A DNA stretch of 63,703 nucleotides, the filler included, from Choristocarpus tenellus KU-1152 (Eukaryota > Protista > Phaeophyceae): the NCBI GenBank assembly GCA_964200185.2. It is 10 parts of 10 records of this genome, joined end to end, with 100 filler letters (N's around TTAATTAATTAA, not from the genome) between each part and the next. Parts side by side here need not be neighbours in the genome. Positions count along the whole stretch, not along the records: positions 10,703 to 17,794 come from CAXNAD020006717.1; positions 17,895 to 28,221 come from CAXNAD020002988.1; positions 28,322 to 34,427 come from CAXNAD020008922.1; 7 more parts are not named here. One strand, given 5' to 3'. Position numbers and translations under genes: made by a program. Below the pieces are notes generated by a model, which was not told where the DNA came from, searched no databases, and was given only the letters and a program-made list of their open reading frames with translations. Of this stretch, positions 15,228 through 28,709 are shown in pieces (the first letter of the stretch is position 1; each line of letters starts with the position of its first letter).

Positions 15228-17206
15228 TCATGAAGTGGGTCTATCTTCACTGCCCCCGCCCCCAAGTGAGGTGTTGACCAAGACTTGGTAGTGTCCCTTG
15301 GGAAGGGTCATAAGCTCGTCATGAGAACCCTCCTCCACAACCTGACCTGCGTGCACGACACAGATCTTGTCACAGTTCCTGTTCATGAGGGGAAGGGCAT
15401 TTAATGTGATCGTTCAGTGAAATGTTGCATGAGTATGAGTTTATGAGTAAAAAGTGTTCTTCCAAAAAGGATAGAAGGATGGAAACATGGCGTTGACCTC
15501 TTGGAACTGAAAACACTGAAAAGGTCCTTATGTAGACAGGGCAAAAACCGTAAAAATGAACACCAAATATAAGTCTTCACCAAAGGTTAGCAAGCAACAT
15601 TCTGTGAGTACAACTACATTCATTCCATAAAAAGAATTCAAATGTGTTACATAAAAAAAATGAAATAGTCAACTGTCGTGCAATCAAATAGTTTGGAGCA
15701 CTTTAAGAAGCAATATATTTCCAGAGGCTTTCTCGATCGCCAAAAGCTCATTATGACGACAGCTTCTGGTTGATGTGATGCAACTCTTGTATTCTGCTCA
15801 GTACATCGCATGCATTTTTCATATATTTATGCAATGTACACTATGCCATTTCTCCTGTTACAATAGGTTCAACGGCAACATCACTACCTTTCAGGTTGTA
15901 ATCCAGGCAGGCACTGCTGACAAAGGCAGCAAGATATCACTCCCATGGAGGGTGAAAATATCTATAGGAAGGATATCAAGAGATGTTGAGATCTCCCTTA
16001 AGAGTATCATAATGCCAAAATCCAGCATTTGATTCTCCCTTCCCTCTTCCTCAACTTGCCTCACTGTGGACAGCCGATGGGCAATGACAATCGTGGATCG
16101 TCGACGCATCTCCAAGAGCTTGTCAAGGGCCTGCTGGACCAGGTGCTCTGATTCCATGTCCAAAGCAGAAGTTGCTTCGTCCAGCAGTAGAATGGCAGGA
16201 TCCTTTTGTGGCATCAGTGAGGTCAACACATGGTTCATGCAATGCCGCAAAATATCACAGATAGTTGAAGGCCCTACTGGAAACGGTACTTGGGCATGCA
16301 GGTGTGTAAACTATGCATCAAGATAATTTAAATAAACTGAAGGTACTATATAGAGGTATAAAGTTCAAAGGATTATATTATCATTGTACATCCAATATTT
16401 GAACCACAGCATCCTAACACGGGCATGAATTCTTCCAACCGAGGGTCAAAAATCTACTTGTGACTGAGAGAATCGCAACAGCCCACACAATGGCTCACAA
16501 CCTCTGACCCAAGTCAAAACCTAGGTGAGCAAAAAAAGCAAATTGCCCCATTCTTTGTTCTGTTCGCCCTTCATCCAAGGTCTTCAAAACACTCTGGGCA
16601 AGGTTAGTGTTTGAATAAATAGAAATATGACGCACTGTGCATTGCTGGTATGCCTGGTGGAGGATGCTTAGATTCTCCCTGTGATAGACACATCGTTCTC
16701 ACTTTGGTATTGGTCACCCTGACCATATGCAACACATCTCTGGCCACCTCTCCAGCATATAACTACAGCCTGTTGCAATTAATCAGCCTAAGCCATACTT
16801 CAGTTGCACAAATGTAATGTAGCGGCCAGTGCAATGGTCAGGGCACAAGATGAAAAGACACACCAATGTGGGCACTGTGATCTCAAACAACAAGTATGAG
16901 ACTGCAGCAGCCAAACTACAAGTGTCATATGGTTCACTGTCATCTCTATCACCACATTTCTATGGTCAATGGCAGGGGGTGGTATGCAGCTCCCATACAA
17001 TTGATACTGGTATGCACATACTCTTATCGATCTCTGAGTCTCGCAGAGATATATGTCCCCACCTTAAGAATAGCTCGGGCAATGGCAACCCGTTGCTTTT
17101 GCCCACCCGAGAGCTGAACCCCCTTGTCCCCCACCTCTGTCTCATAGCCATCAGGAAAGGAAGAAATGAAGTCATGGGCATTGGCCTTATGGGCAGCCTC
17201 TTCAAC
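15228..17206 (-). CDS. ABC transporter subfamily B, C-terminal nucleotide-binding domain, 5'-partial; exons 17206-17063, 16202-16060, 15378-15228
   Basis: ANAHDFI, signature [14 protein letters not shown], Walker [14 protein letters not shown]-loop [14 protein letters not shown] and GSHDEL. The last intron needs a GC donor. Confidence 0.93.
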
Positions 17207-18678
17207 CTGTAAATGTACAGTACACAATGCAGGTAAGAACTGAAGAGACCAGAAGGTGAATTAGCCGTTAGGCTAGTCCGTGGTCCCTCTTACATTTCAT
17301 GGTTGAACCAGAGATATCAACACTAGGCGCTGTTACGAAAATACACTTCCTCATACACTAAAAGTGCATTGGGCATGGAGCTGTTCAAGGCTTTGGTGGA
17401 ACCTAAGACCCATGCCCAGCTTGCACATGCAGGCTAGGGTACAAGCTACAGTAGAGGCTGTGCAAGGGTGTGGCCCATTGCCTGTCTCATTCTCAGGCTT
17501 AGGCACAGGCTATAACCCTGCTCAGGGTCAGCAGCAGGCTTCAGAACAAGGTCTGAACAGGCAAAAAAAAGGACACCAAAACAAAGGACAAAACAGAGGC
17601 AGAGCCAAAATCTGCTTGCCCCTGCCTTTATGTAGGTCTGGTCCTGTTTTTTATGCTGTTAGGTCAAATCCTGCCCGTAAGTCTGTGGCTGGGCTTGAGC
17701 AACATCCTGTTAGAAACCTAGTGTTAAGAATATGCTTTTTATTCATGTGTAAAAGAAGATTCTGTAGAAGAAATAATTTATGAATGAAGAGACGNNNNNN
17801 NNNNNNNNNNNNNNNNNNNNNNNNNNNNNNNNNNNNNNTTAATTAATTAANNNNNNNNNNNNNNNNNNNNNNNNNNNNNNNNNNNNNNNNNNNNAATGTT
17901 GTGGGGGGGGGGGGTTTTGGGGGTTTGCTTTCCCCTCCTCCTCCCACCCCCCTTTTTTCTTTCCCTTCCCTTCCCCCCCCCCCCCCCCCCCCCCCCTGCT
18001 TTGTCCTTGGGGAGTGAGGATTTTTTCTCACTTTTGTATTTCTTGACAGCCTGCCAAAAGCACTGGGTACTTCCTTATTTAATTGACTACGCTGTTCTCT
18101 TACTGGAAATGAAATGTTCCACACAATATGTATGCAATGTATGTGTATGATTACTGAGCAGAGTAGACCTATGTGTCGGCCAGACTGACCGGGGCAGAAT
18201 TAATTGCATTAATAGTACAAGCGATTTCATTGGTCGAAGCTATGGTGTACAATCAGTTACAAAGCACTCGCAACGCAGTCTGCAGTGGATGAACAATAAC
18301 CCTAACCCTTTAAACACAGACAAAACCCAACAAAGCAAAAAAAAAAGTATCCCCCAACAAGCAAGTATATTACTAGTGCGAGAGAAAACCACCCTTCACA
18401 ATCCAAAATAAATTCAAAAAGCACACGTCTAAAGTACTAATGGTAGTAACTTTCAAGTACAACGAAACTGCCACTTCGTAACTGTCACTGCACGACAACC
18501 ATTTGGTACACTTTTTGAAGAAAAGCATCTCCTAGCTCAGGGAAGGTGAACATTAACAATCACAAGGCCACAGCCAAACCAAAACCAAAAGTCAAAAGTT
18601 GAAGGGTTAACACCTCCACAAGAAAACACTTTGGTAACAAGCCTTGTGCGGCATCTCAATGGGGCCATCACTTCGCAC

Positions 18679-21600
18679 CTTCTCGACATCATCAGCGTAG
18701 GACTCTGCCAGCTGCGCATGGCGGAGCATCTTGTCCTGCTGCTGCTCCAGCTCCTGAGTCCTGTTCTCAAGGCCCTCTCTGATCTTGTTAACCTTCTTCA
18801 ATGAGGCTGCCTCTGCAGACGCTGCCGCCTATAGTAGGAACAGAGAGGAGTAAGCATAAAGGTTAGGGTTATAGGCCTAGGGAAAGGGTTAGGGTAAAGG
18901 TGTTGGGGTTAGGGAGATACTCTCCTTGTAGACATCACCTCCTCAGGATGGAGGGTCATTAATTAAACGACAGCATACTGATAGAGATGGGGGATAGGGT
19001 TAGGCCTAAGAAGAGAAATAAGGTTAGGGATTTATAGCATTGAGGATTCCACCACTTCTGTAGACACCACCTCAGGACATAGGGTGTTAGGGGTTGTAGA
19101 CATTTTAACCTTCACACGGTGTTAGGTACGCAAAACGCTAGAGTGATCATCATCATAAATCGTGGTCCCAATGAAAGAGAAGGAGAGTGTGTAGAGCAAC
19201 ATGCCTAAGGAGAGAGGCATGGCGGGTGGAAGGCGCATGGACTATGTGAGGACTAGCGGGGTGGTGACCAACAGATTGCATCGGGCGGTTCTCTCGCCTT
19301 TGGATTTGCTTTGCAAGTCGTTCAAATAATAAAAAAAAATCTAGCCGTGCCGCAAGTCTAAAATAGGGTTAGGGCTACTGCTTCACTTTAATAATACAGT
19401 ATTCTCGATACCCTCCAAGAAGGGTCAGGACTGAGGAATAACACAGGGCTAGGGTTCAGCAGAGGGCTACTGTACTGCAAGACCATGACTGGGACTAGTA
19501 CTGAAGGCAGGCTCTGTGAGAGAGGAATAAGTACACGACAATAAACAAGGCCTTGGCAAAAAATGGGGATGAGGAGGGAGTAGTTCTACCGAAATCAGCA
19601 AGAGAGGGTGAGGGAAGGGGGGGGGGGTAACAACAAAAAAAGGAAATAGAACAGAATAAATCAGATTTGTTAGAGGTATCACAAGGAAATGTTCAACTGC
19701 TGTTGATGCCACAGTTTGTGCCGTAGAAACATTTTGACTGCAAAGTATTGCTCGAGAATGTTCTCCCACTAAGTTCAGGTATAGAACACAATTAACGTGT
19801 TTGCCTAAGAGAAAGATATTTACTACCAAATAAAAAAGGTCTTTGGTACACTGTAGAGAGATTCTACTCAATTCTGATACACTCAACTATACTCACCATC
19901 TCTTTGAACAAGGTACAACCTTCCACTTCGAACAATAAGGCAACTTCTCTCCTCCAGCACAAACAAAGCAATTTAATCAGCAGTAAAACAGACACTCTAT
20001 CCCCACATTCAACTCTACTCAACTGCCAACACCCATCTTAACCTCACTAACCAATGTCCACACGACACACAAGCATGGTAAAAAAACATCAACCCCAAAC
20101 CCCCTCTAGGTCCCAAAATCCCACCTGCTTTAGCTTCTGTTCCACGATGCGACCAAAGAAGCTATCTACAGCCTGGTCAAACGACGCAAACTTGTGCACC
20201 AAGCCCCCCTGATGCTGCTCCAACACCTGAGGAAGGAACTCATCATACACCACCCCACCATCATCTTCCTTCTCCTCTACCTTGTTAGCAGACAATTTTT
20301 CTCCATTTCCGCCTGCATTGCCACCCTCAACTCCTGTCCCTGCTTTCCCCCCAGCCACTGTTCCGCTAGAGGGAGGCACAATGCCCTTGCACAGTATATA
20401 GCCCTCTTGTCCTGGCCGATCAAGCTGCCCAACAACCACTTCTGCTTCCTCAAGGGCGATCACTAGCGCCTTGACCTCTGACTGCGACAGGCCCCCTGCT
20501 GGTACACCCAGAGCCAGTCTAGAATTGGGTCTCAATCCGGCGGCCAGAATGCAATGGTCAATAATGGATGGGCCATATACCGACACCCCAGAGCCCTTAC
20601 GAAGCAACAGCTGCTTTAGCGTTGCCTTTTTGGCTTTTTTGTCTGCAGCTTTCTTTGCCTTGCTGTTTCCTCCCATTGCCCCACCCCCATCGCCCCCAGC
20701 ACCGGACATGGCACCATCCTGTCCCTGACTCCCTGCCAGTGCATCAGATGCACCTGACTCCAGCCATCTGGCCACCCGCTTTGCTGACTCCTCAGTGGAA
20801 AGCCCCCTCAAAAATGCACCCACCGCTTCTCCCTCCTTTTCACCACCTTTACCTGTTCCATCCCCCTCTCCTACCACTGCAGTGGTGGCGGATGCGGAGG
20901 TACTGGCTGTCACAACTCCTTCCTGTGAGGTGGCAAGATCAATGGGATAGATCTGCCTCACAGCAACACTGACATCCCCGTCATATGTATGTGTTCGAAG
21001 TAGGTTTAGGATCTCATATTTCTGATCCGTAAGGATGATATTGCCTATCATGTGATTGAACGTGCATTAGTGTGTACAGAAAAACAAGTCAGCATCTTGC
21101 CCATCTATATGGATGAGGTGGTGACTGAGGCAGTACTGTTTTTAAATGGACTTCCAATGTTGCCAACATTCAAAGGCTACACTTCAACAACAATTGGCTA
21201 CACTTCAACAATTTCTGACGAGTCAGAATGCAGTCACTGGGACTGACCAAAAGGAAGGGGCGCATCCATTTATCAGACCAGTGCAAAGGATGACCCATAA
21301 TTCCAGCTACTACAGTATCCTTTCGGATCTATGACAGCTAGTGTCACCTGTACGTTCAGAACACCAAATTGAACACCCATACACTGAAAAGGCACAGTAG
21401 CTTTGCTTGCTAGAGCTGCCACTTCACCACAGCCTTCAGTCACTAGTAGTGGCTGCTATCCTTTCAACCAGATATCCACCTATCAAGTAATCCAAGCACC
21501 ACCCAGTCGAACTAGAAGTACCTCATTCTCAAGCGTTTAATCAGTAACACATCACCTGAGGCGTATAACTCAAGGATGACATGGTTGCAAGTCTCTCCAC

Positions 21601-22386
21601 TGCCAAACTTGAAATCCACCACACGGTCCATCCCAATCTGGCGCACATCTTCTAATCGCTTGGAGCGGATATGCTTACGCAGCTTCATGCTAAAGCCTGA
21701 CGGCATGTCTGCCTTGTCGTGAGTAAACCTAGGGTTATGAAAGCCCATTATGTTTTATATTAGCTAGGTAGGTTGCTGCAGAAGTATCGCAATAAAGGAA
21801 TGCCTCGAGCTAGATCCAGGAGAGTAATCATACTTTCAGCTCGCAGCTAAGGGTCTATCATGAGCGGAAAATGTCGATCTTGGAATGGGCACGTTCACGC
21901 TGTGCGACTGAGTATTTTTCTCGATTGTTGACCTTGCCAGAGTGGAGACGGAAATGCGCCATAATTAAAGAGTTGGAATCAAAATTCCCACGACTCTCTA
22001 GCAATATTCAGAATACCTATTTGAGCTCATAGCCTTCAGTTGCTCACTTGGTGGTGTGGAACCGTACCCCGGACTCGAGAAGGAGAAGAGCCTTTTCCTG
22101 ACCAGGGCTGGCCAGCTTCATCAGGTATGTCTGAAGGATTCGGAGGTGGGAAACGCAGAACATTACAGTGTGGCATAGGCCATACAAAGAATCTTCCAGT
22201 TAGCAGGAGTTCTGGGTCAGTGCTGTCGAGAACAACTCCCTAGTAGTGGAGGCGTCTCTCAGTGCAATTGAGTGCTACCTTTGCGTCCAGATCGTAGATA
22301 TTAACCACACGAAGACCAAGCACTGTAGCCCGCAGATCCCGCACCATCGCTCGCACATCGGTAGCAGTAAATCGTGTCTTCGTCAT
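18679..22386 (-). CDS. NEMF: NEMF/Rqc2 ribosome quality control factor, 3'-partial; exons 22386-22279, 22130-22048, 21728-21556, 21044-20125, 18828-18679
   Basis: MTKTRFTATDVRAMV...LGLRVVNIYD, LLLESGVRFHTT, PSGFSMKLRKHIRSKRLEDVRQIGMDRVVDF and ILELYASGNIILTD. Phase-consistent GT-AG introns. Confidence 0.93.
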
Positions 22387-22572
22387 GGAGAAAGAAGAGA
22401 CTGAGAGCAGAGAGGCAATGAAGTTTCAGCAAGGCACATGGAGTAAGAGACACCTTTGACTTGAACTCATACGGTGCCGTATGTATCTCTGGAAGAGACT
22501 CTCATCCATAACCAATTACATCTCTAACCTTGAAGACTTGAAGGTGGTTGGTTGTGTTTTGAAGGGGGCCAA
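22387..22572. promoter_or_regulatory. Putative bidirectional promoter (about 186 bp) between NEMF and the GT32 gene
   Basis: Divergent ATGs at 22386 (-) and 22573 or 22582 (+). Confidence 0.45.
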
Positions 22573-25370
22573 ATGGGACCCATGAACTCTGTTGAAGATA
22601 CGGCTGTCCGGTCTGGAAAGTCCCTTTGCCCGAGAGTGTTCTCTTCCTGCTGTCCGATCAGGCCTATCGAATGGGGGCTTTGGTCGCCACACGACCGTGT
22701 GTGGATGCAGATCCTCAAGGACCACTATGACATCTTTCACTTAGGGAATTGCGTGCAAAGTCGAGATGGAGTCGCAGGCGAGAATAAACAAGAGATCAGA
22801 GTCACCACAACAATATTAAGACTGCGATGAGTGGGACAGCTTTTATCCATTGCGCTCACAGCAATAGCTGCTCGCTGTACCTTCTGACAACAGAAGTTGG
22901 CACAGGATACAGAATACCAAGAATAATCCACCATATCTGGTTGGGTAGCTCCTTGCCTCCTATTTTCTGCGAGCTTCGTCGGTCATGGGAGGCAATGCAT
23001 GCGGATTGGCGGCTGAGACTATGGACGGATGAGGATGTGCATGGACTGCAATTACGAAATAGGGAAGCATACGACGCCGCCAGTAACTTTGGGGAGAAGT
23101 CTGACATCCTGAGATATGAGGTGAGTCAGGAAGCGAAACCTTCATGTGGTAAAATAACATCTTATTGGTCCAAGGTGTTCAAGGTGAGCTTAAGTGAAAT
23201 CGCCTTCTCCAAGAGAGTGCTACCCCTGATCAAATCAGACTTGGTCCAGAAAGAGTCATGAGAATCACCCCTCTTCCTGCATCCCCTTTGCCATGAGAGT
23301 GGTCCAAGTATGAGAGGGATACATGGGTGTGTGGATACGGAAGAGCTCGCCACCCTCTTTATATGGATGTCTCTCCAGTCTCCCATCGAGCGAGTATTGG
23401 GAACGGAGGAGACAAACGCACCACCGTAAGAATTCCGCGAGGACATGATTGCAAAGCCCACATCTGCGATATATATGTTCTCCTGTCCTCCTCAGTGTGC
23501 AATCCTCCCCTGGAAACACAACAATAATGTGACCAGAAAATATGTAGGAAGATAGTCCATCTTCCAACTTGACAATATAAATGTGTATATTCTCCAAATG
23601 TTAACAATGCAACAGTGGTCGGGCACTATTGCCAGCACTGACACACATTCCCCGCGCGCACACGCGCACGCACACTTTTTCCGCCCTGTGAAACCATCGC
23701 ATACAATTAATAGTAAACCTATTCTCTTGCATAAACCCCCACAGATTCTTTTTGCTGAGGGGGGTCTATACGTGGATGTTGACTTTCTCTGCTTTGGAAA
23801 TTTTGAAAGCCTCCACAAGACGTATGACTTCTTCACAGGTGTCTCCAACACTGGAACCTTTGAGCTCAACAACGGCCTGATCGGGTATGACCTTGGGTTC
23901 ACCCCGACACCATTGGTCCATCTACTGCATTGATTGCAGTGTTAATATTAACAATAAATCAAATGTAAAAGTGCCATGTGAAGCAGTAAACCAACTCTAT
24001 ATTGAACAAAACATTAAGTATTTTATATCACTCCACAAGGAGTTGTTTGAATATAGTGTGACATGAAGTGTTGCTATGACCGGTAGGGTTAGGGTTAGGA
24101 ATATGAAATTCCCACTCTTGCATTTCTTTCATATTCACGTCAACTACTATACACACCTCATGTTGCAGATGCTGTGCTGGACATCCTATATTGAACAATG
24201 TGATTCAGAGAATAGCCAAGACCAAAGCCTCAAACCCTGCTCTTGAAAGTGTATCAGCTCTCTCAGGCTTGGATGAAGCAGGATCTTTACCCATTTCAGT
24301 GGGTGCTGCAGGAAAGAGTCAATTGGCGGGGCTTCTGGGGGAAATGGAAGGGGCACTAGGGTCCCTGCTGGGAGACAGTGAGCACGTAAACCTCACCAAG
24401 GCCTTGAAAGGTTTGCACAATATTTATTGCTAGTGATTGGTCTTTCTTCGACCACAGTTTAAACCCCTTTTTTTGTGGGGAGAGTTCAGAAGAGTGATCA
24501 GCTGGTGATTTTGAGTTTTTGTTGGTTGGAACATATTTCAAATTGATGGGTACTGAGTGCAAACTGATGGGTCAGCTGTGTAAGTTGATATTGTAATTTT
24601 TGAACAGAATGACAGTTGGACGTTGGATACTAAAACACTTGATGAAGATGGTTCATCCCTTCAGAAGCTGCTTCTGCTGTGCGTGCAAAGATGTCTGGGT
24701 ATTGAGAATGACCGGGTGGCTGTATACCTAACATTTGAAGCTGAGATTGTGGTTGAAAAGGAAACTGTTGTCTTTGTCCACAAAGTCTGGGCTGTATCGT
24801 TTGAACAGGCATGTATGCATGGTGTGTTTTCCAGAAGAGAGGCCTTGTTAGCTGGTGAGAGGTCTTGCTGTAGGTAAGTAGAAGTGGCTTTCTTACGCCA
24901 AATAGACCAGCCATTAGTCCCAAAGAAGATAATTGACTTGCTCAGAAGGACATCAAGACTCGATGGATTAAGGGAGATTGTGTTCCCTACGCATTTATGC
25001 TATGTTGCTAACGTCATTTTGTCTTGTTTGTGTAGTGTTTAGTGTTGGTCAGTTCAGCATTTCTCGCTTGTGACACCTTGGTTAGTTTTAGAATGTACCC
25101 TAGCCGATTGATTTAAGTGCGGTTGACCACAATTCTATGGATGTTGAGATTATACCCGCAGGATGACCAGGATTTTTGTCGCCCTCCTGGTAGGATCTGC
25201 ACAAGCTATTGTATTATGAATAGTGATACTCAGTATAATGGTCAGTAATGTGGTCTCAATGATGGAGTCCAACGCAGCGAGGTGAGGAGATAAAAAGTAG
25301 AGAGCAATTTGCACTTCCAATAATTTCAGGTGCTGCAATGTACAACATGGTATTTTGGAAGGAAACTGTT

Positions 25371-25405
<35 letters not shown>

Positions 25406-26005
25406 ACCCCCCTCCCCCCCCCCCCCTCCCTCCATTTTCTCCTACCCAAAACCCANNNNNNNNNNGCGGGGCAATATAAAAACTGGTTTTTTGGAAGGAA
25501 CTCCTTTTCCCCCCCCCCCCCCCCCTTACCTATTTGGCACTAATGCTTCCCACACTTCTATGCTACAGTTGAAGACAGGACAAGCACTTCAACCATAATT
25601 TCAACAGGACCGGGAGTCTTCACTGTTGCTGTCATGGAGCTTGTATCCTCAAGGCTGGAATGTGGGCGAGGGCTTGATCATGACACTAAAACAGACAAGA
25701 AAGTCACTGTGGAATCTACAGAGGTCACCACTAGACGGGTATCGAGGTGTACCTTGGACAATACTGAAGGTAACAATGGCTTGGGGAGAGTCATGGTATT
25801 TCCCCCAGCTTTTTTTTACCCTATCCCAAACAATGCACCTGGTGACATGGTTGGGGAGGAGGGAGGGATTGCTATGATCCTCGCCAAGTGTAAGGGATTC
25901 TTGCAGGAGGAGTCTTTGGCCGCCCACCTGTGGGCTAGGTCATGGCAACAGAAGTTTGGGCATGAATTGGAGAGGGATCGGAGGAAGGATAGAGGGACAG
26001 AGTGA
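22573..26005 (+). CDS. Glycosyltransferase family 32 (DXD sugar-binding, OCH1/SUR1-like); exons ~22573-22777, 22894-23120, 23745-23884, 24169-24410, 25569-26005
   Basis: IPRIIHHIWLGS, KSDILRYEILFAEGGLYVDVD, NNGLIG..AGHPIL, TGPGVFT, VFPPAFFYP and AAHLWARSW. The exon 1 start and donor are uncertain. Confidence 0.88.
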
Positions 26006-26829
26006 AGAAAGGAAGGGTCGGAAAGGGGTTAATGTTTTCTGTTTCAGTTGCGTTGGTCATTCCAGTAAAATAGAAGAAGTCCAACGGTGGTGTTGTGGGT
26101 GTCTCTTTTGTATTTTTTTGTGATATTGGAAATAGGACCATAACCTATACTTGGAGTATTGTCAGTATTATGGATGAAACATCTACTGATGCTCAGGGGA
26201 TAGAACCTTGTATGGCTGTAGTAGGAGGGGGTATTCAGAATAGATATTGCAAGAATTTCCTGCCAGCGAAGTGTTCGCAAAAACCTCTCCCTAAAGTGGC
26301 CCTCCTGGCATTTAATTGAACGTCTGTGAAAGAGTATTCTCTTTTCTGCCTTCCCTCCATTTCTCTCTACCCCCAAAAGAATATGTTCAGGGGATGTCCT
26401 TGACCTGTCAAATTGCCTCCATTAGAGCTGTCTAATTGTTGGTTCTTGCAGCAATCCAAGCACCTGAGTCCTATAATGCCCTGCCTGACCCTTGCTAGTG
26501 GGGAAAGGATGTGGGAAATAGTGGGCATGAATTCTCTCTGCTGAGGAAACAGTCAAATTGTTGCATTGTGATGGGGGCTGTAGAGAAGTACCTCCTGCTT
26601 GACGTTATCACACTCTCTGGCTGCAGTCTTTGAACATTTATTGTGTGGGGGGGTCATATTGATCGCAAAGCTACTGGTGTAGTGTAGAGTGCTCTCACCA
26701 GCAGGAATATCATCATACCACTTCTCTCATCTTATAGTAGAGTGCTGCCCTCATTGGTGGGTGTAATAGGGTGTTTAGTCTTTGTCTCCACTTGGGTACT
26801 TGACTGGCCACTCACCAATATTTTTGCAG

Positions 26830-27500
26830 TATTGTAGGATCTATATTTTAAATGTGCACTATACCTTCCCTTTTGAGACAGGGGGGTTTTAGTCTGCAGC
26901 ACCGCCAACTGAACAGAAATGGAAATCGTCACATTCCTGAAAAACAATGATAGGAATATATAGTCTGTTTTCATATACTATGTGCTATAATCTATAGGGT
27001 ATTCAAGATTGTGTACACAACAGTTGATTTGTATGGCTGGTTTGATAGAACTAACATCGTGCCATTCTGCCAACCAACATATTTCAAACATATGCGTCTT
27101 TCAAAATGCACAGATATCACCACCCTACAAATAGTAGCAAACTCCCTGCCCTTCCAAGCAAGCGTAGTCGATTCTACCATTTACGTGTACCTGTGGGCTG
27201 GATTTGGATTTGAAGACACAGCCCACAGCTGACTTGAACCTTCCTGTCAATGCATACTCAATCTCTTGTCACTTCCTAGAGCTATCTTTATCGTTGTTGT
27301 GGTTATGTCCACTCCACAGAGTTCTAAACCCTTCAAGCATTGTTCCAGTGTGCGCCCTGTGATTGGTGAATACACCTATGCTGTTGTCAGGAATGTGAAC
27401 TTTTGTGTCGAATATAAAAACACTGACAAAAGAACTCCTCAACAGTATAATATATTACTAAGTCTGAGTGATTGAGAGGGAGGTGCCACTGGGTTTTGAG
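26830..27500 (+). pseudogene. Decayed PIF/Harbinger (DDE_Tnp_4) transposase
   Basis: Colinear degenerate motifs: LYGWFDRT..PFCQP (like GFIDGT..ICRP), NSLPFQASV (like H.LKFQ.V) and FKHCSSVRPVIGEYTYAVV...VEYK (like FN..MSSVR..VEW.F..V...D.K). Confidence 0.55.
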
Positions 27501-28321
27501 GGCTCCTACTCTGAATTTCTGGTGCTGCACCTCTTTGTGGACTTCAAAATGAGGAGTTATTTTTCAATTTTTGGGATACATTTATAGCAGTGTACAGAAG
27601 CAAGTTCTCCCTATCAACAACCCATTTTAACCAACTCACCGGTTTTTGTTTTGTTGTCTTTTTCAAACAGTGTCAAATAATAAAATATCAAACCAAGAGC
27701 GAAACACACGTCCCTCTCATTTACATCAACATGCAATTACAATATTTACCTCAAGATGTTTACTCAGTGTACTCCTAATTCCATTAGTAGCATGTCCACA
27801 GACACTTAGCAGTGTGTTTTACACTACTAACCCACTCTCTAGTGTTCAGAAACTTCTACCATTTAAAACACAACAGAAAAGGATACACATGCAACTACAT
27901 ACACACAGATCAATTAAATTAGGCAACATGTAGCAACAGTTGAACTTTAGAGATACTAACAACTACATACAAAATTACCCAATTCCTGACAAGTAGACAC
28001 ATGACATCTTCTAAAGTGTATGAGAAAAGTTTCAAATTCAAAAAACCTAAAAGTTCTCAAATCAAGTTCACCCTTCCTACCTATACCTACCACAAGAATG
28101 CGCACTTATCCAACATTTTATCACATATCTGACCCAAAGAATCCGAGGGGGGGGGGGGGGGGCTAACACCCGGGAAAAGGGAAAAAACGCGAACCAACAT
28201 AACACATAAAAAAAAAAATGGNNNNNNNNNNNNNNNNNNNNNNNNNNNNNNNNNNNNNNNNNNNNTTAATTAATTAANNNNNNNNNNNNNNNNNNNNNNN
28301 NNNNNNNNNNNNNNNNNNNNN

Positions 28322-28498
28322 CCCCAAAGTTTGGGGGGGGGGGGGGGGTCTACACCAGGGTGTCCATTTGGGCCCTGACCAGGAGAAGTGAACTTACATT
28401 ACCCATCCGACGCATGCAACCAAATCACTCAAAAATCACGACATGGAAAAATGGACCCCGAATGGACAGCCGCCCCCCCCCCCCAGATACCTTGGAGG
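28322..28498. mobile_element. MITE copy, reverse orientation relative to the 40554 copy, at a scaffold edge
   Basis: The internal sequence is a close reverse complement of 40554-40737 (TCTACACCAGGGTGTCCATTTGGGCCCTGACCAGGAG). Confidence 0.85.
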
Positions 28499-28709
28499 GG
28501 CCTTCCCATAATCTTTCAACCCTAAGTGTACTTTCTCACCCTAATGCCGTGACTATTATGTCTATAACCCTAGCACCCTAACTTCATTGCAATCCTTTGT
28601 CTTCTGTACCAATATCCTCCCTCCAACAACCCTAACCCTAGTAAGTACCCTTTCCCAAGTAGTTGTACTCCTCCACCAGCCTCAATTAACTCTTGATTTC
28701 GAACACCAG

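Noticed and set aside
17319-17726. Possible TIR element (AACACTAGG...CCTAGTGTT)
   Set aside because: Only a 9-bp inverted match, with no TSD and no second copy.
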